DNA of 64,000 nucleotides from Okamejei kenojei (GCA_035221665.1 JAVHYY010000289.1:1-64000), one strand, 5' to 3'. Numbered from the stretch's first letter, positions 1 to 13,212 are shown. Notes: generated by a model not told the origin, from the letters alone. Made by a program: numbers and translations.

Positions 1-297
1 ACCCCACCCCGCTGGTCCACTCCTCCACGCTTGGTCCGGAGCTCACGATCCTGCGTTTCGGGTGCCTTCATGGCTCGTGTACGGGTCCACAACAACTCCT
101 CACTTCTCTCCTTCCTCCCACCCTCCAGGTAAGAATGACCTGCTCGGATCACTACAGATCACTGAACCCACCAGCGTTAAGCGGGTCTTGTTGATCCAAA
201 TCACTTTCATGCCAGTTTTAGGAATGAAGACGGGACCATACTGTGGGATCATAAATGGAAAAGTTCAGAATTTTAGTTGAGACCAGCTGTTACTAAA

Positions 298-635
298 GGG
301 CCTGTCCCAACTTACAACGAACGCGACTGCCGCAACCCCGCCGTAGAACGTTTGCAGGTCCGTCCCTCTAAAATAGTTCCAACACTGTTGAAAATTCCGC
401 GGCGACCAGAACAAGGACTACTCATAGGGGGGCACTACCATGACCATACCGCTTCACCCCGCGACATGTCGCCTGTATGGTCGGTGAGTAGACTCATCAG
501 TCGCCCAAAGAGTCGTAGCCATCCTTCTGTCGCCGTGAATTTTCAACATGTTGGAAATTTTCGGTGACCAGCTCTGCGACTGTGACGGGGGCTGGGCAGC
601 CGCTGAAAAAAAATTGCGTAAGTGGCTCAGGCCTC
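298..635. mobile_element. PIF/Harbinger-type MITE (degenerate copy)
   Basis: Ends GGGCCTGTCCCA...AGTGGCTCAGGCC. Internal sequence is shared with the 18335-18554 copy. Confidence 0.7.
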
Positions 636-1019
636 TTTATGGAAAGCCAGGGCAAGAAAATCCAAACAGTTGTCTATAAAATAACTTGAAGACGTTTATG
701 TCATCACATAAAGACTGATCAATGGCAATCAAACAATACACTGGCTAGATTATTGCAAACCAGGTAGCAGAAAAAACTCGTGTTAAAAAGTAAGTTGGGT
801 GTTTATGATTGAAAAAACAGAACTAAGGAGCCGTCAACTGGGATTTGACTCTCTTTCCCACCCATGATCAGCCTGAACATGTCAGGGCACAATTGATATG
901 GTGCTTGCTGGAACCCCTGCTGCATCCGATTAGTAACACGGAGCAACATGAATGAGAAAAGCAACTATTTCACCCTGTGGGGCCAGCCTGGATTCCCTCA
1001 GTTTTTAAAATGTCACATG

Positions 1020-1745
1020 CTGATATCGCAGTCTTAACTCGACCATAGCGTCCACCATCGCGAGAACTTTTCTGATGACCTCGAAAAGCTCATCCACACA
1101 TTACTCCTCGCGCCTAGATTACTGCAACTCCCTCTACACTGGTCACTACAGCCAATCTTCCCCTGATCCGCCTGCAAACAGGTCCAAAACGCCGCAGCGG
1201 GACTCCGACGGCTAACCAACAAAAGGGACCACATCACTGCACCGATCTCTGGCCTCTCCTCCACTGGCTCCCTGTGCGGTTCCGAATAAATTTCAGATCC
1301 TCCTTTATGTCTACAAAGCCCTTAAACGGGCTTGGCCCCCACCTACAAATTCAAAAGTCGCTCACAACCACCAAACCACCTCCATGCCCTCAGATCGGCC
1401 GACATGGGGTTACTGAAGGATCCCGCGGTCTAGGCATAAGCTTCAGGGCGACCGGACCGCGCCTTTTGCTGTTGGCAAGCTCCTAGACTGTGGAACACAT
1501 CCCTCTTCCCATCAGAACATGCCCCCTCTCATCAACACTTCAAGTCGAGACTTAAAACTCATCCTTTACTCTCAAGCCTTTCCTGACATCCTCTAGGGAG
1601 GGCTATATGTATGTATTTTGCATGTACCTTATCTATGAACCAATGTTGTATAACGTTAGTACCTCCACCCCAGTAAAGCACTATGGTCAAAGAGAGTTTG
1701 TTTTTTTTAAATGTGCTAATAGAATAAAAGAGACCTTGACTTGCC
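1020..1745 (+). mobile_element. L2-type LINE 3' fragment
   Basis: Frameshifted C-terminal ORF2 motifs (RLDYCNSL..., QNAAA...DHIT...LHWLPV) and a tail AATAAA...CTTGACTTG. Confidence 0.75.
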
Positions 1746-2559
1746 CATAAACACAACCTTACAGTAAAGGTGGCATTCTTTTTCTCCAACTCTGGACACT
1801 CGTAAGCCTCACTCCTTACACCTTTGTACCACTTGCTGTGTATGTTGCACTGTTTTCTCACAAGCACCAAAACTCACTCGCAAGATGGAAAACTATCTGA
1901 AATAAATTAGTGGCTGACTCTCCCTGCGACAGCAGAGCAAAATCATAAATGGTTTTAGAGGTATCAAGGTCCCCCTCGACCTCTTGCAGATTGGGATGAA
2001 GAATTCTGCATTAGATTACTTTCCCCGTTTCACTTCAGAACAATGCGAGGAAGAGAATGAAATAATCATTCATGCCCCTGACTGACTGCACTGCCACTTT
2101 CTTCTGAAGGCAGCATCATGAGTCCTAGTACCACTCAGCTCACACTCGTGAGTGCACTGTTTACACACTCAGTCACTTGGGCCACATGAGTCTGTTTTTT
2201 TGCTCTCAAACACTTTTGGTGGAGGGTGATTACGTGTATGTCAGACTTGAAACTTTTCAGTGATACTGAGATCAAAGCCTTCAGCTGCGTAGAAGCAGAG
2301 GTCCATACACTGTGTCTGTTCTGACAGGAACAAAACATTGTCATGTATGATGTAGTCCATTTCATAATCCTCCTACTTTAAGCAAAATGGCGACAATTCC
2401 TTTCACAAATAGTTAGTGCGTGATATAGAGTGGATGAACAGTTTGTTGCAGTGGCACAGACATTTGTAAGCCTATTATTAACAGTGAACATTTGTTCTTG
2501 CTATGTGGGAAAATTCTTGTTTTGGTGACTCTTGTTTTTGTGGAATCTTGTGACTCCAT

Positions 2560-5500
2560 TAGTGAGAGGTACGGACATGGTTACTTTCGCGCAACAGACA
2601 GGATCGAGAATGGTGTGCTGCCTTCCTGGTGCCGGATCCCGGATGTCACGGATAGAGTGCAGAAAATCCTCAGGTCGAAGTTGAAACAGCCGACATGTAG
2701 TGCATGTCAGCAACAAACGATGACGAAAGAAGGGAGAATATTCTGCAGCCGTGACTATAGAGAAGAGAGCTCGAAAAATGCTGAAAAGCAGGACCACCAG
2801 GTTGTTATCTCCAGTTTGCTTCCAATTCCTCGTGCTGGGCGAGAGTCAGGACAGGGAGAATACGGGAACCTGAATGTGTGGCGTGGAACTGGTGCCGGGG
2901 GCTAGGGATTTAGATCTTAGCTCACTGGGATCTGTTTTGGAGTAAGGGGGAAACTGTACAACAGGGACGGATTGCATCTTAACTGTTGGGGGACCAGCCA
3001 TTCCTGGCAGGCAGGTTGCCACTGCTACCACTGGTGGTTTTTAAACTGAATAAGGGTGGTGGGGTGTTAAATGGGAGAGTCAAGGGATGGGTTGGACGGG
3101 AAAAGAGTAAAGGGATGGTTAATGACACCAGATTAACGGAAAGGAAGCTCACAAGGATAGGAGAATAGGCCAAGTGTAATAAGGGATCGATGTGAAAGGT
3201 GAGAAGCGTAAGAATTAAAAGTATTGTATATGAAATGCGCAAAGTATAAGAAGTAAAGTAGATGAGGCTCAGTTAGAGGTTGGTAGATATGACAATGGGG
3301 GATTATTGAGACGAGCAGCAGGATGATCAGGCCTGGGAACTTTTAATATTCAGAGGTTATACATCCTATAGAAAGGACCAGGCAGGTGGCAGAGGAGGGC
3401 TAGCTCTCGAAGGGGATGGAATCAGTCCACCCTTGCGAGGGAAGACATAGGGACTGATGAACAGGAAGAGTACACTGGTGGATTGAGTTGAGGAATTGTA
3501 AAGGCAGAGAAGACACTAATTGGTGTTATTTACAGACCCCCAAATAGTAGCCTGGAATGTAGGGTGTACGATGGCAGCAAAGGAGTTTAAAAAACTGCAT
3601 GTAACAAAGGTAATGCCACTGTGTGATGGGGGAATTCAATAATGCAGGTAGACTGGGAAAATCAGGTTGTTATCCAGACCCCCAAAGTAAGAGAGTTTGT
3701 AGAAATGCACTCCAGAGATGGAGTTCATAGAGCAGCTTGTAAAGGAGCCGACCAGAGAAAAAGGCAATTCTGGTTTTAGTGGTTGTCCAATGAACCCGAT
3801 ACGATAAGAGAACTCCGAGGTAAAGGAAACCGCTTGGAGGAAGTGGAATCAAAATATGATTAGTTTTAATCTGCAAATATGAGAAGGAGAATGTTAAATC
3901 GGAAGTGGCAGTGATGCAGGAACAAAGGGGACTAAATGAAGGCATGAAGGGGAGCTGGCCAAAGTAAGACTGGAAAGGGATCCTAGAGCAGAATGACGGT
4001 GGAACAGCAATGGAAAGGAATCCTGGCATAAACCGGAAGACGCAGGATTATTTCAAATTCCAAAAAGGAAGAAAGATTCTAAGGGAAGTAAAGAAGGCAA
4101 CCGTGGCTGACGAGAAGTAGTTTCAGGATAAATAAAAACTAAAAAAAAGATGTAAAGACAGCAAAGAGTAGCCGGAAGCCGGAGGATTGGGAAACATACA
4201 TAGGACAACAGAAAGGAAACAAAACGGGCAATACGGGCTGAAAAGAAGAAGTAATGAGGGGAAGCTGGCCAGAATATAAAGAAGGACCGTAAAAGCTTCT
4301 TTAGAAATTTTAAGGGGAAAAAAGAGTAGCAAAGTCAAATGAGGATCCCTTGAAGGCAGACACGGTGAAATTATTAATGGGGGACCAAGAAATGGCAGAA
4401 AGAGTTGAATAGGGTACATCGATCATGTCCTTCACTACGGAGAACACAAACAATCTCCCGATGAACTGGGAGACAGAGGATATAAGGGGGTAGAGGAACT
4501 GAAAGACATTTTCATTAGGCGAGAAATTGTATTGGGTAGCTAATGGGACCGAATGATGATAAATCCCCTGGGCCTGATGGTCTGCATCCAGGCTCCTCGG
4601 GAGGTGGGCTATATGAAAAAGTGGACCATTGGTGGATTCATTTTCCAATGTTCAATAGATTCAGGATCAGTTCCTGTGGATACTAATGATATTCCACTTT
4701 GCAAGAAAGGATCAGAGAGAAACGGGAATTACAGACCAGTTAGACCTTACTTTGGTGTGGGAAAGGAGATGCTGGAGTCCAATTATTAAAGCGGTAATAA
4801 TGGTGCATTTGATAGCAGTAAAAGGATTAGTCCAAGTCAACATGGATTTAATAAAGGGAAATCATGCTTGACTAATCTTCTGGAAACTTTTGAGGATGTG
4901 ACAAGCAAAATGGATGAAGGGTGCCATGGATGTAGTGTATCTAGACATTCAAAAACCTTATAAGGACCTGCACGGGAGAATGGTGCATAAAATTAGAGCA
5001 AAACATGGTATGAGGGTAGGGTGTTTGACATGGATAGAAAATTTGGTTGGCAGACCCAGTAAGCAAAGAGTAGGAGTGAACAGTCCTATACAGAATGGCA
5101 AGGCAGTGGCGAGGGGAGATGCCGCCAAGGCTCGTGGTTTGGGCCCCAACTGATATATATATGAATGATTTGGACGAGGGAATTAGGAGCCAACACTACC
5201 AGTTTGCGGATGACCACAAAGCTGGGTGGCAGTGAGAACTGTGAAGAGGATGTTAGGAGGTTGCAGGGTGACCTGGACAGGTTGAGTGAGGGGCAGAAGC
5301 GTGCAGATGCAGTATAATATAGAGAAATGTGGAGGTTATCCACTCAAAAACCAAGGGGGCAGAATAACTCAGTGGGTAGGTTAGGTAAGGGTACAGGCGA
5401 ACCAGGGTGGTCCTTGTACACCGGTCACTGAATGTTGCGTGCAGGTACGCAGGCAGTGAAGAAAGCAATATGGAAATTGTTGGCCTTCAAAACAAGAGGA

Positions 5501-6114
5501 TTTCAGTATAGGAGTAAGAGGTCTTCTGCGGTTAAGGGCTCTGGTGAGACCACATCTGGAGTAAGAGTACAGTTTTAGGTCTCCTCATATTGAGGAAGGA
5601 CATCCTTGTGATTGAGTCAGTGTTGCGTATGTTTCACGAGATTGATCCCTGTGGGATGCGGACGGTCAATGAGAAAGATTGAAAAGACTAGGCATGTATT
5701 CCACGTGGAGTTTTAAGGGTGAGGGGGGTGATCTTATTAGAAACATATAAAATTATAAAGGACTGGAAAGCTAGAATCAGGAAAAAAGTTTCCCAAAGAT
5801 GGCGAGTCCAGAACCAGGGGCCACACTTAGAATAAATGGGGAGGTCATTGAAGACCGAGTGAGAAAAAAAAAATTTCACACCACAGAGATTGTGAATTTA
5901 TGGAATTCCCTGCCACATAGGGCAGTGGAGCCAAGTCACTGGATGGATTTTTACAGAGAGTTGATAGAGCTCTAGGGCAAGTGGAGTCAAGGGATATGGG
6001 GAGAAGGCAGGCACGGGTTATTGATAGTGGACGATCCCATGATCGACAATGATCGCGGTGCTGGCTCGAAGGGCCAAATGCCCTCCTCCTGCACCTATTT
6101 TCTATGTTCTATGT
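2560..6114 (+). mobile_element. Near full-length CR1 LINE, indel-rich
   Basis: Remnants of ORF1 esterase, APE and RT are collinear with the cleaner CR1 copies in the window. 3' end is CTCCTGCACCTATTTTCTATGTTCTATG. Confidence 0.9.
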
Positions 6115-6459
6115 TTTAATCATGCAATGTGATATGTCACACATGTGGTTTTGCAAGATAGCTCAAATCCCGTCCATATCAGTGACCGTGGTGTATTTCC
6201 CCATCGCGGTGTCAGGGGGGACATCGCCTCATATGAAACTTGGCAGAGTATGGCTACTCTCCGTGTGTCAAATACTGTATCGACCTACAAGAACATTTTG
6301 TATTGCTTACCCTTGCTGATTATAACCAAACACAGTCCATTCCTTGTAGCATTCCTTGCATTCCCCGAGTTTCTCCTTTTGGACTGAGGTCTGTGTCCGG
6401 AAGGTGGGCTAATAAAATCTGTGGCAATTTGTGCTAACCACGGTTTTTCACCAAAATGT

Positions 6460-6983
6460 TCAAGTTCAAGTGAGTTATTGTCCGTGTGTCGCTGATAGGA
6501 CAATGACATTCTTGCTTTGCTTCAGCACACAGAACATAGAAGGCATTGACTTACAGAACAGCTCAGGTGTCCATATACCATATATAAATATATACACATA
6601 TGAATAAATAAACTAATAAAGTGCAAATAACAGATAATGGGTTATTTAGTTATCAGAGTTTTGTCCCGAGCCAGGTTTGATAGCCTGATGGCTGTGGGGA
6701 AGTAGCTATTCCGAAACCTGGTCGTTGCAGTCTTCAGGCTCCTGTACCTGCTACCTGAAGGTAGCAGGGGAGGATGGTGTGTGGCCATGAGTGGTGTGGG
6801 TCTTTGATGACACTGCCAGCCTTTTTGAGGCAGTGACTGCGATAGATCCCCTCGATGGAAAGGAAGGTCAGAGCCGATGATGGAACTGGGCAGTGCTTTT
6901 TACTACTTTTTGTAGTCTTTTCCTCTCCAGGGTCGCTCAAGTTGCCGAACCAAGCCACGAGGCAAGCGGATCAGCTAGCTCTC
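6460..6983 (-). mobile_element. Rex/Babar-type LINE 3' fragment
   Basis: Encodes SIEGIYRSHCLKKAGSVIKDPHH. The 3' UTR and tail are nearly identical to the 27927-29288 copy. Confidence 0.85.
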
Positions 6984-7054
6984 GGTTGCTCGTTGGATTT
7001 CGGATCTTATAAATGGGTTGTAATAATAGAATGACAAATTCCATACGCAGCCAG

Positions 7055-7190
7055 TTACTTTATTTCACACTTTCCTGCCCAACAATGATACTGGCCGGGT
7101 TAGAACCGTCTGAGAATGTCACATTGAGTATTACTCTGGTAGAAGAACTTCGGCAGACATTTCGAATTATTACAGCGGGACATTCTCCAC
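7055..7190 (-). CDS. IgW: Cysteine-rich secretory tail exon of short-form IgW (indels in assembly)
   Basis: Acceptor TTCCAG|GTGGAGAATGT. Reading across the indels gives GGECP/CNNSKCLPKFFYQSN/LNVTFSDGS/../QYHCWAGKCEIK-TAA, which resembles the skate IgX secretory tail. Phase is compatible with the CH2 donor. Confidence 0.85.
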
Positions 7191-7805
7191 CTGGAATTGG
7201 AAGATTCATTGGTTTAAATGTTAAGAGATTTTCACCTCCTGTGTTGAGGAAAACAGGAGAATCCACATATTTCCCAGTCTGTTGTCCTAAGTTTTTATCA
7301 GCATGAGATTATGCTGACCACGATAAACTGCATCACTTTGTCCATGATCAACAACACTTTAAAAGAGGGTGGAGATGAGTTCAAAAGTAATACCAGGGCA
7401 CCGACATTTCAATGAAGGGAAATCTACAGAACAGACTCTCCGGAAACAGTGGGAAGTGGATGGATTTGGAGAAACTAACACAATGAAGACAGTGAGAAGG
7501 GAAGTGAGATATTCTCCAGATATCGGATGGGACCTGTGGTTTATTCACTGTTCCATTTTTCTTACCACATACTGCACATAAAGACAACTAGAGGAGTGAG
7601 AGTAAACACACTGGTGACCTTCCTCTCTCCATGCCCTGTAGAATGAGTTAGAATTACTGATGGAAAGTATTGGCTTACTTAATTGCAAAAGCCAAATCCT
7701 GAACATAATATATCGCTCAACAGGACTGATCTAAGGGACAGGAATTTGGTGGAAATGTCAGTAAGATTGTTTAATACTGTAAGTAAATTAACAGACCACC
7801 ATTAC

Positions 7806-8114
7806 CCTCTTGATATCTCATGTTGATCCTGTCGCTGAAGCCGGAAGGTGCGTGGGTCACTTCACAAGTATATTCCTGCTTTATTGGTCCATTCCTCCAC
7901 ACGCAAACGGCAGGTAAGCAACTGTTTCAAATCCACCGTTAGTTCCCTGAGTGGATGGGAGAGAAATCGACGCCCACTTGATTTAAGTCCAGATTTTTTC
8001 CAGGAAACTTTAATATTGTCAGGGAAGAATCCGGATATTCATGCAGCCCAGCGACAGCAGTTGTTTGATTGTGGAGAACCTCCGGGGATGGAACAAGGGG
8101 GATGAGCTGTGGAG
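7806..8114 (-). CDS. IgW: IgW CH2 exon (several 1-bp indels in this assembly)
   Basis: Bounded by TTACAG| and G|GTAAT. Reading across the indels gives APQLIPLVPSPEVLHNQTTAV/LGCM/ISGFFPDNIKVSWKKSGL...PSTQGTNGGFETVAYLP/RVEEWTNK/QEYTCEVTHAPSGFSDRINMRYQE, a C1-set domain matching my recollection of skate IgX CH2. Confidence 0.88.
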
Positions 8115-8545
8115 CTGTAACATATTTAATATCTGTTATTTACATGATTCCTTCAGCCACAGTGTAGGACTTCCACTCTCCCAGCATCTGGGACAAGTGC
8201 CCCAGTTCCAGCCCTCCCCACAATGCTGGTGATATGCCGGTGATGTGTTGATATGGTGGGTCCCACAGTCAGATGCTGGTCAGAGCTGCGATTTGGGAGG
8301 CTGGGTTAGAACCCACGGCTTCCCCAGCAGTGTGGGCCACTCTGCAGTGATAAGGGTGGAGGTGGGTAAGGGGCGTACAGACCATCCGTGATCTCAGTGT
8401 GTGCTGGAGCAGACACAGGAACAGCATGGCCATCACCGTGTTCCAGTGAGCAGGAACAGATGAGACAACTGTTTTCTACTGGCAGGAGGTTTGGCAATCA
8501 CAACGTTAGGGTGTCGTCACCTCTACTTTGTTTGTAACTCGTTTT

Positions 8546-9318
8546 AGACGATAGACAATAGACAATAGGTACAGAAGTAGGCAATTCGGCCCTTCGAGCC
8601 AGCACCGCCATTCAATGTGATCATGGCTGATCATCCCCAATCAGTACCCCGTTCCTGCCTTCTCCCCATATCCCCTGTATCTGCTATCTTTAAGTGCCCT
8701 ATATAGCTCTCTCTTGAAAGTATCCAGAGAACCGGCCTCCACTGCCCTCTGAGGCAGAGAATTCCACAGACTCACAACTCTCTGTGTGAAAAAGCGTTTC
8801 CTCGTCTCCGTTCTAAATGGCTTACCCCTTATTCTTGAACAGCGGCCCCTGGTTCCAGACTCCCCCAACATCGGGAACATGTTTCCTGCTTCTAGCGTGT
8901 CCAAACGCTTAATAATCTTATATGTTTTAATGAGATTCCCTCTCATCCTTCTAAACTCCAGAGTATACAAGCCCAGCCGCTCCATTCTCTCAGCATATGA
9001 CAGTCCCGCCATCCGGGGAATTAACCTTGTAAACCTACGCTACACTCCTCAATAGCAAGAATGTCCTTCCTTAAATTAGGGGACCAAAACTGCACACAAT
9101 ACTCCAGATGTGGTCTCACTACGACTCTATATAACCACAGAAGGGATCCCTCTTTGCTCCTATACTCAACACCTCTTGTTATAAAGGCCAACATGCCATT
9201 TGCTTTCTTCAGTGCCTGCTGTACCTGCATGCTTACTTTCATTGACTGATGAACAAGGAGCCCCAGATCCCGTCGTACTTCCCTTTTCCCAACTTGACAC
9301 CATTTAGATAATAATCTA
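8546..9318 (-). mobile_element. CR1 LINE 3' fragment
   Basis: ORFs 8641-9012 and 9021-9329 encode the CR1 ORF2 C-terminus (RPHLEYCVQFWSP; RRMRGNLI...LWNSLP). (ATTGTCT)n tail. Confidence 0.92.
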
Positions 9319-12264
9319 ATGGTTTTCACCTAGCCCCCCAGCTAACAATGGCCATGCCTCCTTTATCAGCATTACTTTTTTGCATATCTTTCGTTCATTA
9401 GCTTGCTGCTGCTGGCTCCGATGATGTTTCCTGCTCTCCATGGCCATGGTGTACTGATCCTTGCTGTTTTGTATGTGTTTGTTCGTTTGTGTCGTGTGTG
9501 AAAACCCTACAAAGATTACTTTCACTAGAGAGGGACTCATAAACATCGGACATACGGGACCTCCAAACATCGTTCCGGATTTCGCTCATTCGTTGGATTA
9601 TTTGGGACGTACTCGTTGGCGGGGCTGTCTTGAGATGGAGGACCCGTGGGAGGCTCTCTGGAGCACTCACCCGACTCCGGTGACGAGGATCACTCACACC
9701 ACTCCCGAGCATTTTACCCTGGCAAAACGTCGTTCTCTCAAGAACAAACTGGACGAACTGCAACTCCTGCATCGGACAAACAAGGACTTCTCTCGAGCCG
9801 CTGCCCGAGGCCTGGCTTTGTGAGTCGACCCCAGACAGCGCGCTGCAACTGGCTGGCTTCCAACTTCACAAGTGGATCGCAAAGTGGAGGCAGTGGGGAA
9901 ACCAAGAGGCGGTGGAGTACGCTTCTATAGCAACCAGGACTGGTGCAGCGACATCGCGGTACTGTCAAACTTCTACTCTCCCAACCTAGAATCCCCCTCT
10001 ATAAACTGCAAACCCCTGTGCTCTCGAGGGAATCTAACTCCTTTATTCTCACTGGAGTTTACATTCCCCCCACAAACCTGCGTATGTGAGGCGCAAATGC
10101 AACTCACTGATCAGGTAATGAGGGTAGAGAGTGACTTCCCGGACTCCATGGTCATTGTTTTGGGGGACTTTAACAAAGCTAACCTCAGCCGTGACCTTGC
10201 AAAGTACAGACTTCATGTTACCTGCCCCACCAGAGGGGAGAGAACACTCGATCACTGTTATACGGCAATCAGGAACGCATATCGCTCTGTTCCCCGGGCG
10301 GCTCTGGGTCTCTCTGATCATTGTCTAGTTCACCTTATTCCGACCTACAGGCAGAAACAAAACTGCTAAGCCTGTGGTCAGAACAACGAAAAGGTGGACA
10401 AGCGAGGGCATTGAGAACCTACACTCCTGCTTTGACTGCACGGATTGGAATGTGTTCAGGGAAGCAACCACAAGCCTTGATGAGTATGCGGACACTGTAT
10501 CATCATATGTCAGCTTTTGTGAGGACAGTTGCATTCCAACTAAGACCCGGACATGGTTCAACAACAACAAGCCCTGGTTCACTGCAAAACTCAGACAGCT
10601 CCGACAGTCTAAAGAGGAGGCCTACAGGAGCGGGGATGCAGACCTCTACAGGCAGGCCAAGTACAAGCTGAGAAGAGGAATAAGAGCTGCCAAGGAAAGG
10701 TACTCTGAGAAGATGAGGAGCAAGTTCTCAGCTAATGACTCTTCTTCAGTTTGGAAGGGCTTGCAAAGAAATGACCAGCTACAAGAGGAAAGCCCCCCCA
10801 CTCGTTGGACAGTCGTCAGCTGACCAACGACCTGAATAAGTTTTACTGCAGGTTTGAAAATCAGAAACGTAACCCTGGTACCCCCTCCCCCACCAACACA
10901 GCCAGATTCCAGTCTGCAAAGAATGGACTCCGCACCCTCTCCTTCCCATTCACCACTTCACACCTATTTAAGGCAAGACTCCAGTATGAAAAGACTGGAA
11001 CATTTCCCACCCCAACCAACACTTCACACCCACTCACAGCCTGGCCTCAGTCTGCAAAGACTGGGTCCAGGAAGCAAAGGGTAGGAGTAAACGGGTCCTT
11101 TTCAGAATTGCAGGCAGTGACAGGTGTGTACCGCAAGGCTCAGTGCTGGGACCCCAGCTATTTACAATATATATGAATGATTTGGACGAGGAAATTGAAT
11201 GCAACATCTCCAAGTTTGAGGATGACACTAAGCTGGGGGGTAGCTGAGGATGCTAGGAGGCTGCAAGGTGACTTGGATAGGCTGGGTGAGTGGGCAAATG
11301 CATGGCAGATGCAGTATAATGTGGACAAATGTGAGGTTATCCACTTTGGTGGCAAAAACAGGAGGGTAGACTATTATCTGAATGGTGCAGATAAGGAAAA
11401 GGGAGATGCAACGAGACCTGGGTGTCATGGTACACCAATCATTGAAAGTAGGCATGCAGGTGCAGCAGGCAGTGAAAAAAGCAAATATAGCGAAAGGATT
11501 TGAGTATAGGAGCAGGAAGGTTCTACTGCAGTTGTACAGGGTTTTGGTGAGACCACACCTGGAGTATTGCATATAGTTTTGGTCTCCAAATCTGAGGAAA
11601 GACATTCTTTTGTTTTTTTTTGTTAAATTTTTTATTATAGAAACATATTTATGAAAGTTACAATGTTTTACATAAACGAAAAATCATTATATACTTTCAT
11701 AATATTATACACTTTCATAATATTAATAATATTGATATTATTATTAATATTAAAATTTAAGACTGTATGCTTCTATACGCTTTTTTTAATTATTTTTTTA
11801 TAAAGTAGGAAAAGATAGAGATAAATAATGAAGAAAATATGAAAGCGAATGGAGTGTTAATCATTAATCCGTCATTGGAGATATAGGCATGATTTATTAT
11901 ATATATTTCTTCATCCATTCTAATATTCAGGCCTCAGTCAAGCCCTTGTACCGAGCCGTTATGACTCTGTAAATATTCAATATATGGAGACCATATCCCT
12001 CTGAAGAGATCTAACCTGTCCATTAGGACAAGCCACAATCTCTCCAGATGAAGAGTCTCCGACATTTCTGTATTCCACATTTTGATTGTAGGGGATGTAG
12101 GGCCTTTCCAAAATTTTAATATTAATCTTTTCCCAATTATTAACCCATAATCAATAAAAATTATTTGATTCGTTGTTACTAATTGTTCTGTTTCCAGTAT
12201 TCCTAGTATTATTAAGCTTTTGAATCAGGTGTCAATGTTATATTAACAACATTCGAAATAATCC

Positions 12265-12911
12265 TAATTATTACCCATATCAGCCATCTGAGGTATGGTT
12301 TTACCAAATTATATTCCCTTCCTTTTTACTGCCAGCAGGGCTAACAGGGGAATATTTTCTTATATTCCCCTTTCTAGCCAACCCCTATGGAGTTTACCTG
12401 TTTAAACAGCGGGGAATATAACCTTATATTCCCCTGGTCTCACATCCGGGAACGTGACGCTGCGTGACGGCAACGTCACGCTGCGTGGGAAATTTAAAAT
12501 TTATTCTCAAAAAAAAAAAATGGCTGCCGGTTGCGAGAAAAGGTTCCCGTTTTAAAACTTCGACCTTCACATTGTCACATAAATGAATGACATAAATTAC
12601 ATAAATGAAACATAAATGTTTACATTGTTTTAGTACCCTTATTTACAATGTTGCAATGGTTTTAGTACCCTTCTTTACAATGTTGCAATGCATATTGCAA
12701 AATGTATAGATACATTCATATCATATGAGATGTTCAGATTTTCCTCTAGATGTCTGATAATGGGTAATAATAACAATATTGACTGTCCTCTTTCGGGAGA
12801 TACGACATATATTGTCCTCACTAGATCCATATTGCCCTCGTCTTCGACTCGGGCAATATGAATCTACTTCAGGCAATATATGTCGTATCCCCCTCAAGGT
12901 CAGTCAATATT
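12265..12911. mobile_element. Non-autonomous hairpin element, Crypton/Eulor-like
   Basis: Short inverted repeat (TATTACCCAT-ATCAG / CTGATAATGGGTAATA) and a ~137-nt terminal palindrome at 12775-12911 centred on CCCTCGTCTTCGACTCGGG. Interrupts L1 sequence. The family assignment is inference. Confidence 0.55.
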
Positions 12912-13212
12912 CTATTAATATTTCAGTCCAGAATTTTGTAATTTTTATACAGTTTGTAAATGAGTGTGACAAATTGGCTTCTAAATGTTGACATTTATCA
13001 CATATGGGGGATACTTTTGGAAACATATTATGTAATTTGGATTTTGAATAATATAGTCTATGTAGTATTTTAAACTGTGTAAGAGAGTGTTTAGCGTTTA
13101 GCGAACAATGATGTATATGTTGTAAACTATCATCCCATACTTCTGGTCTTAAAGTTTGGCATAATTCATTTTCCCAAGATTGTCTATGTATTTCTGTTGA
13201 TGGAACATCACC

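Noticed and set aside
1755-1880. Minus ORF segment (NIHSKWYKG...KNATFTV) vaguely like a C1-set strand pattern
   Set aside because: Lacks correctly spaced Cys-Trp-Cys and exon boundaries. The rest of the ORF runs antisense through an L2 tail.
2230-2380. Minus-strand EDYEMDY... and SVWTSAST, resembling the start of an Ig transmembrane exon (WTTAST)
   Set aside because: No hydrophobic helix follows (QLKALISVSLKSFKS), the two motifs are in different frames, and splice sites are unconvincing. Worth rechecking only after polishing.
6120-6460. Several overlapping short ORFs downstream of the secretory exon, considered as CH3
   Set aside because: No Ig-domain motifs in any frame.
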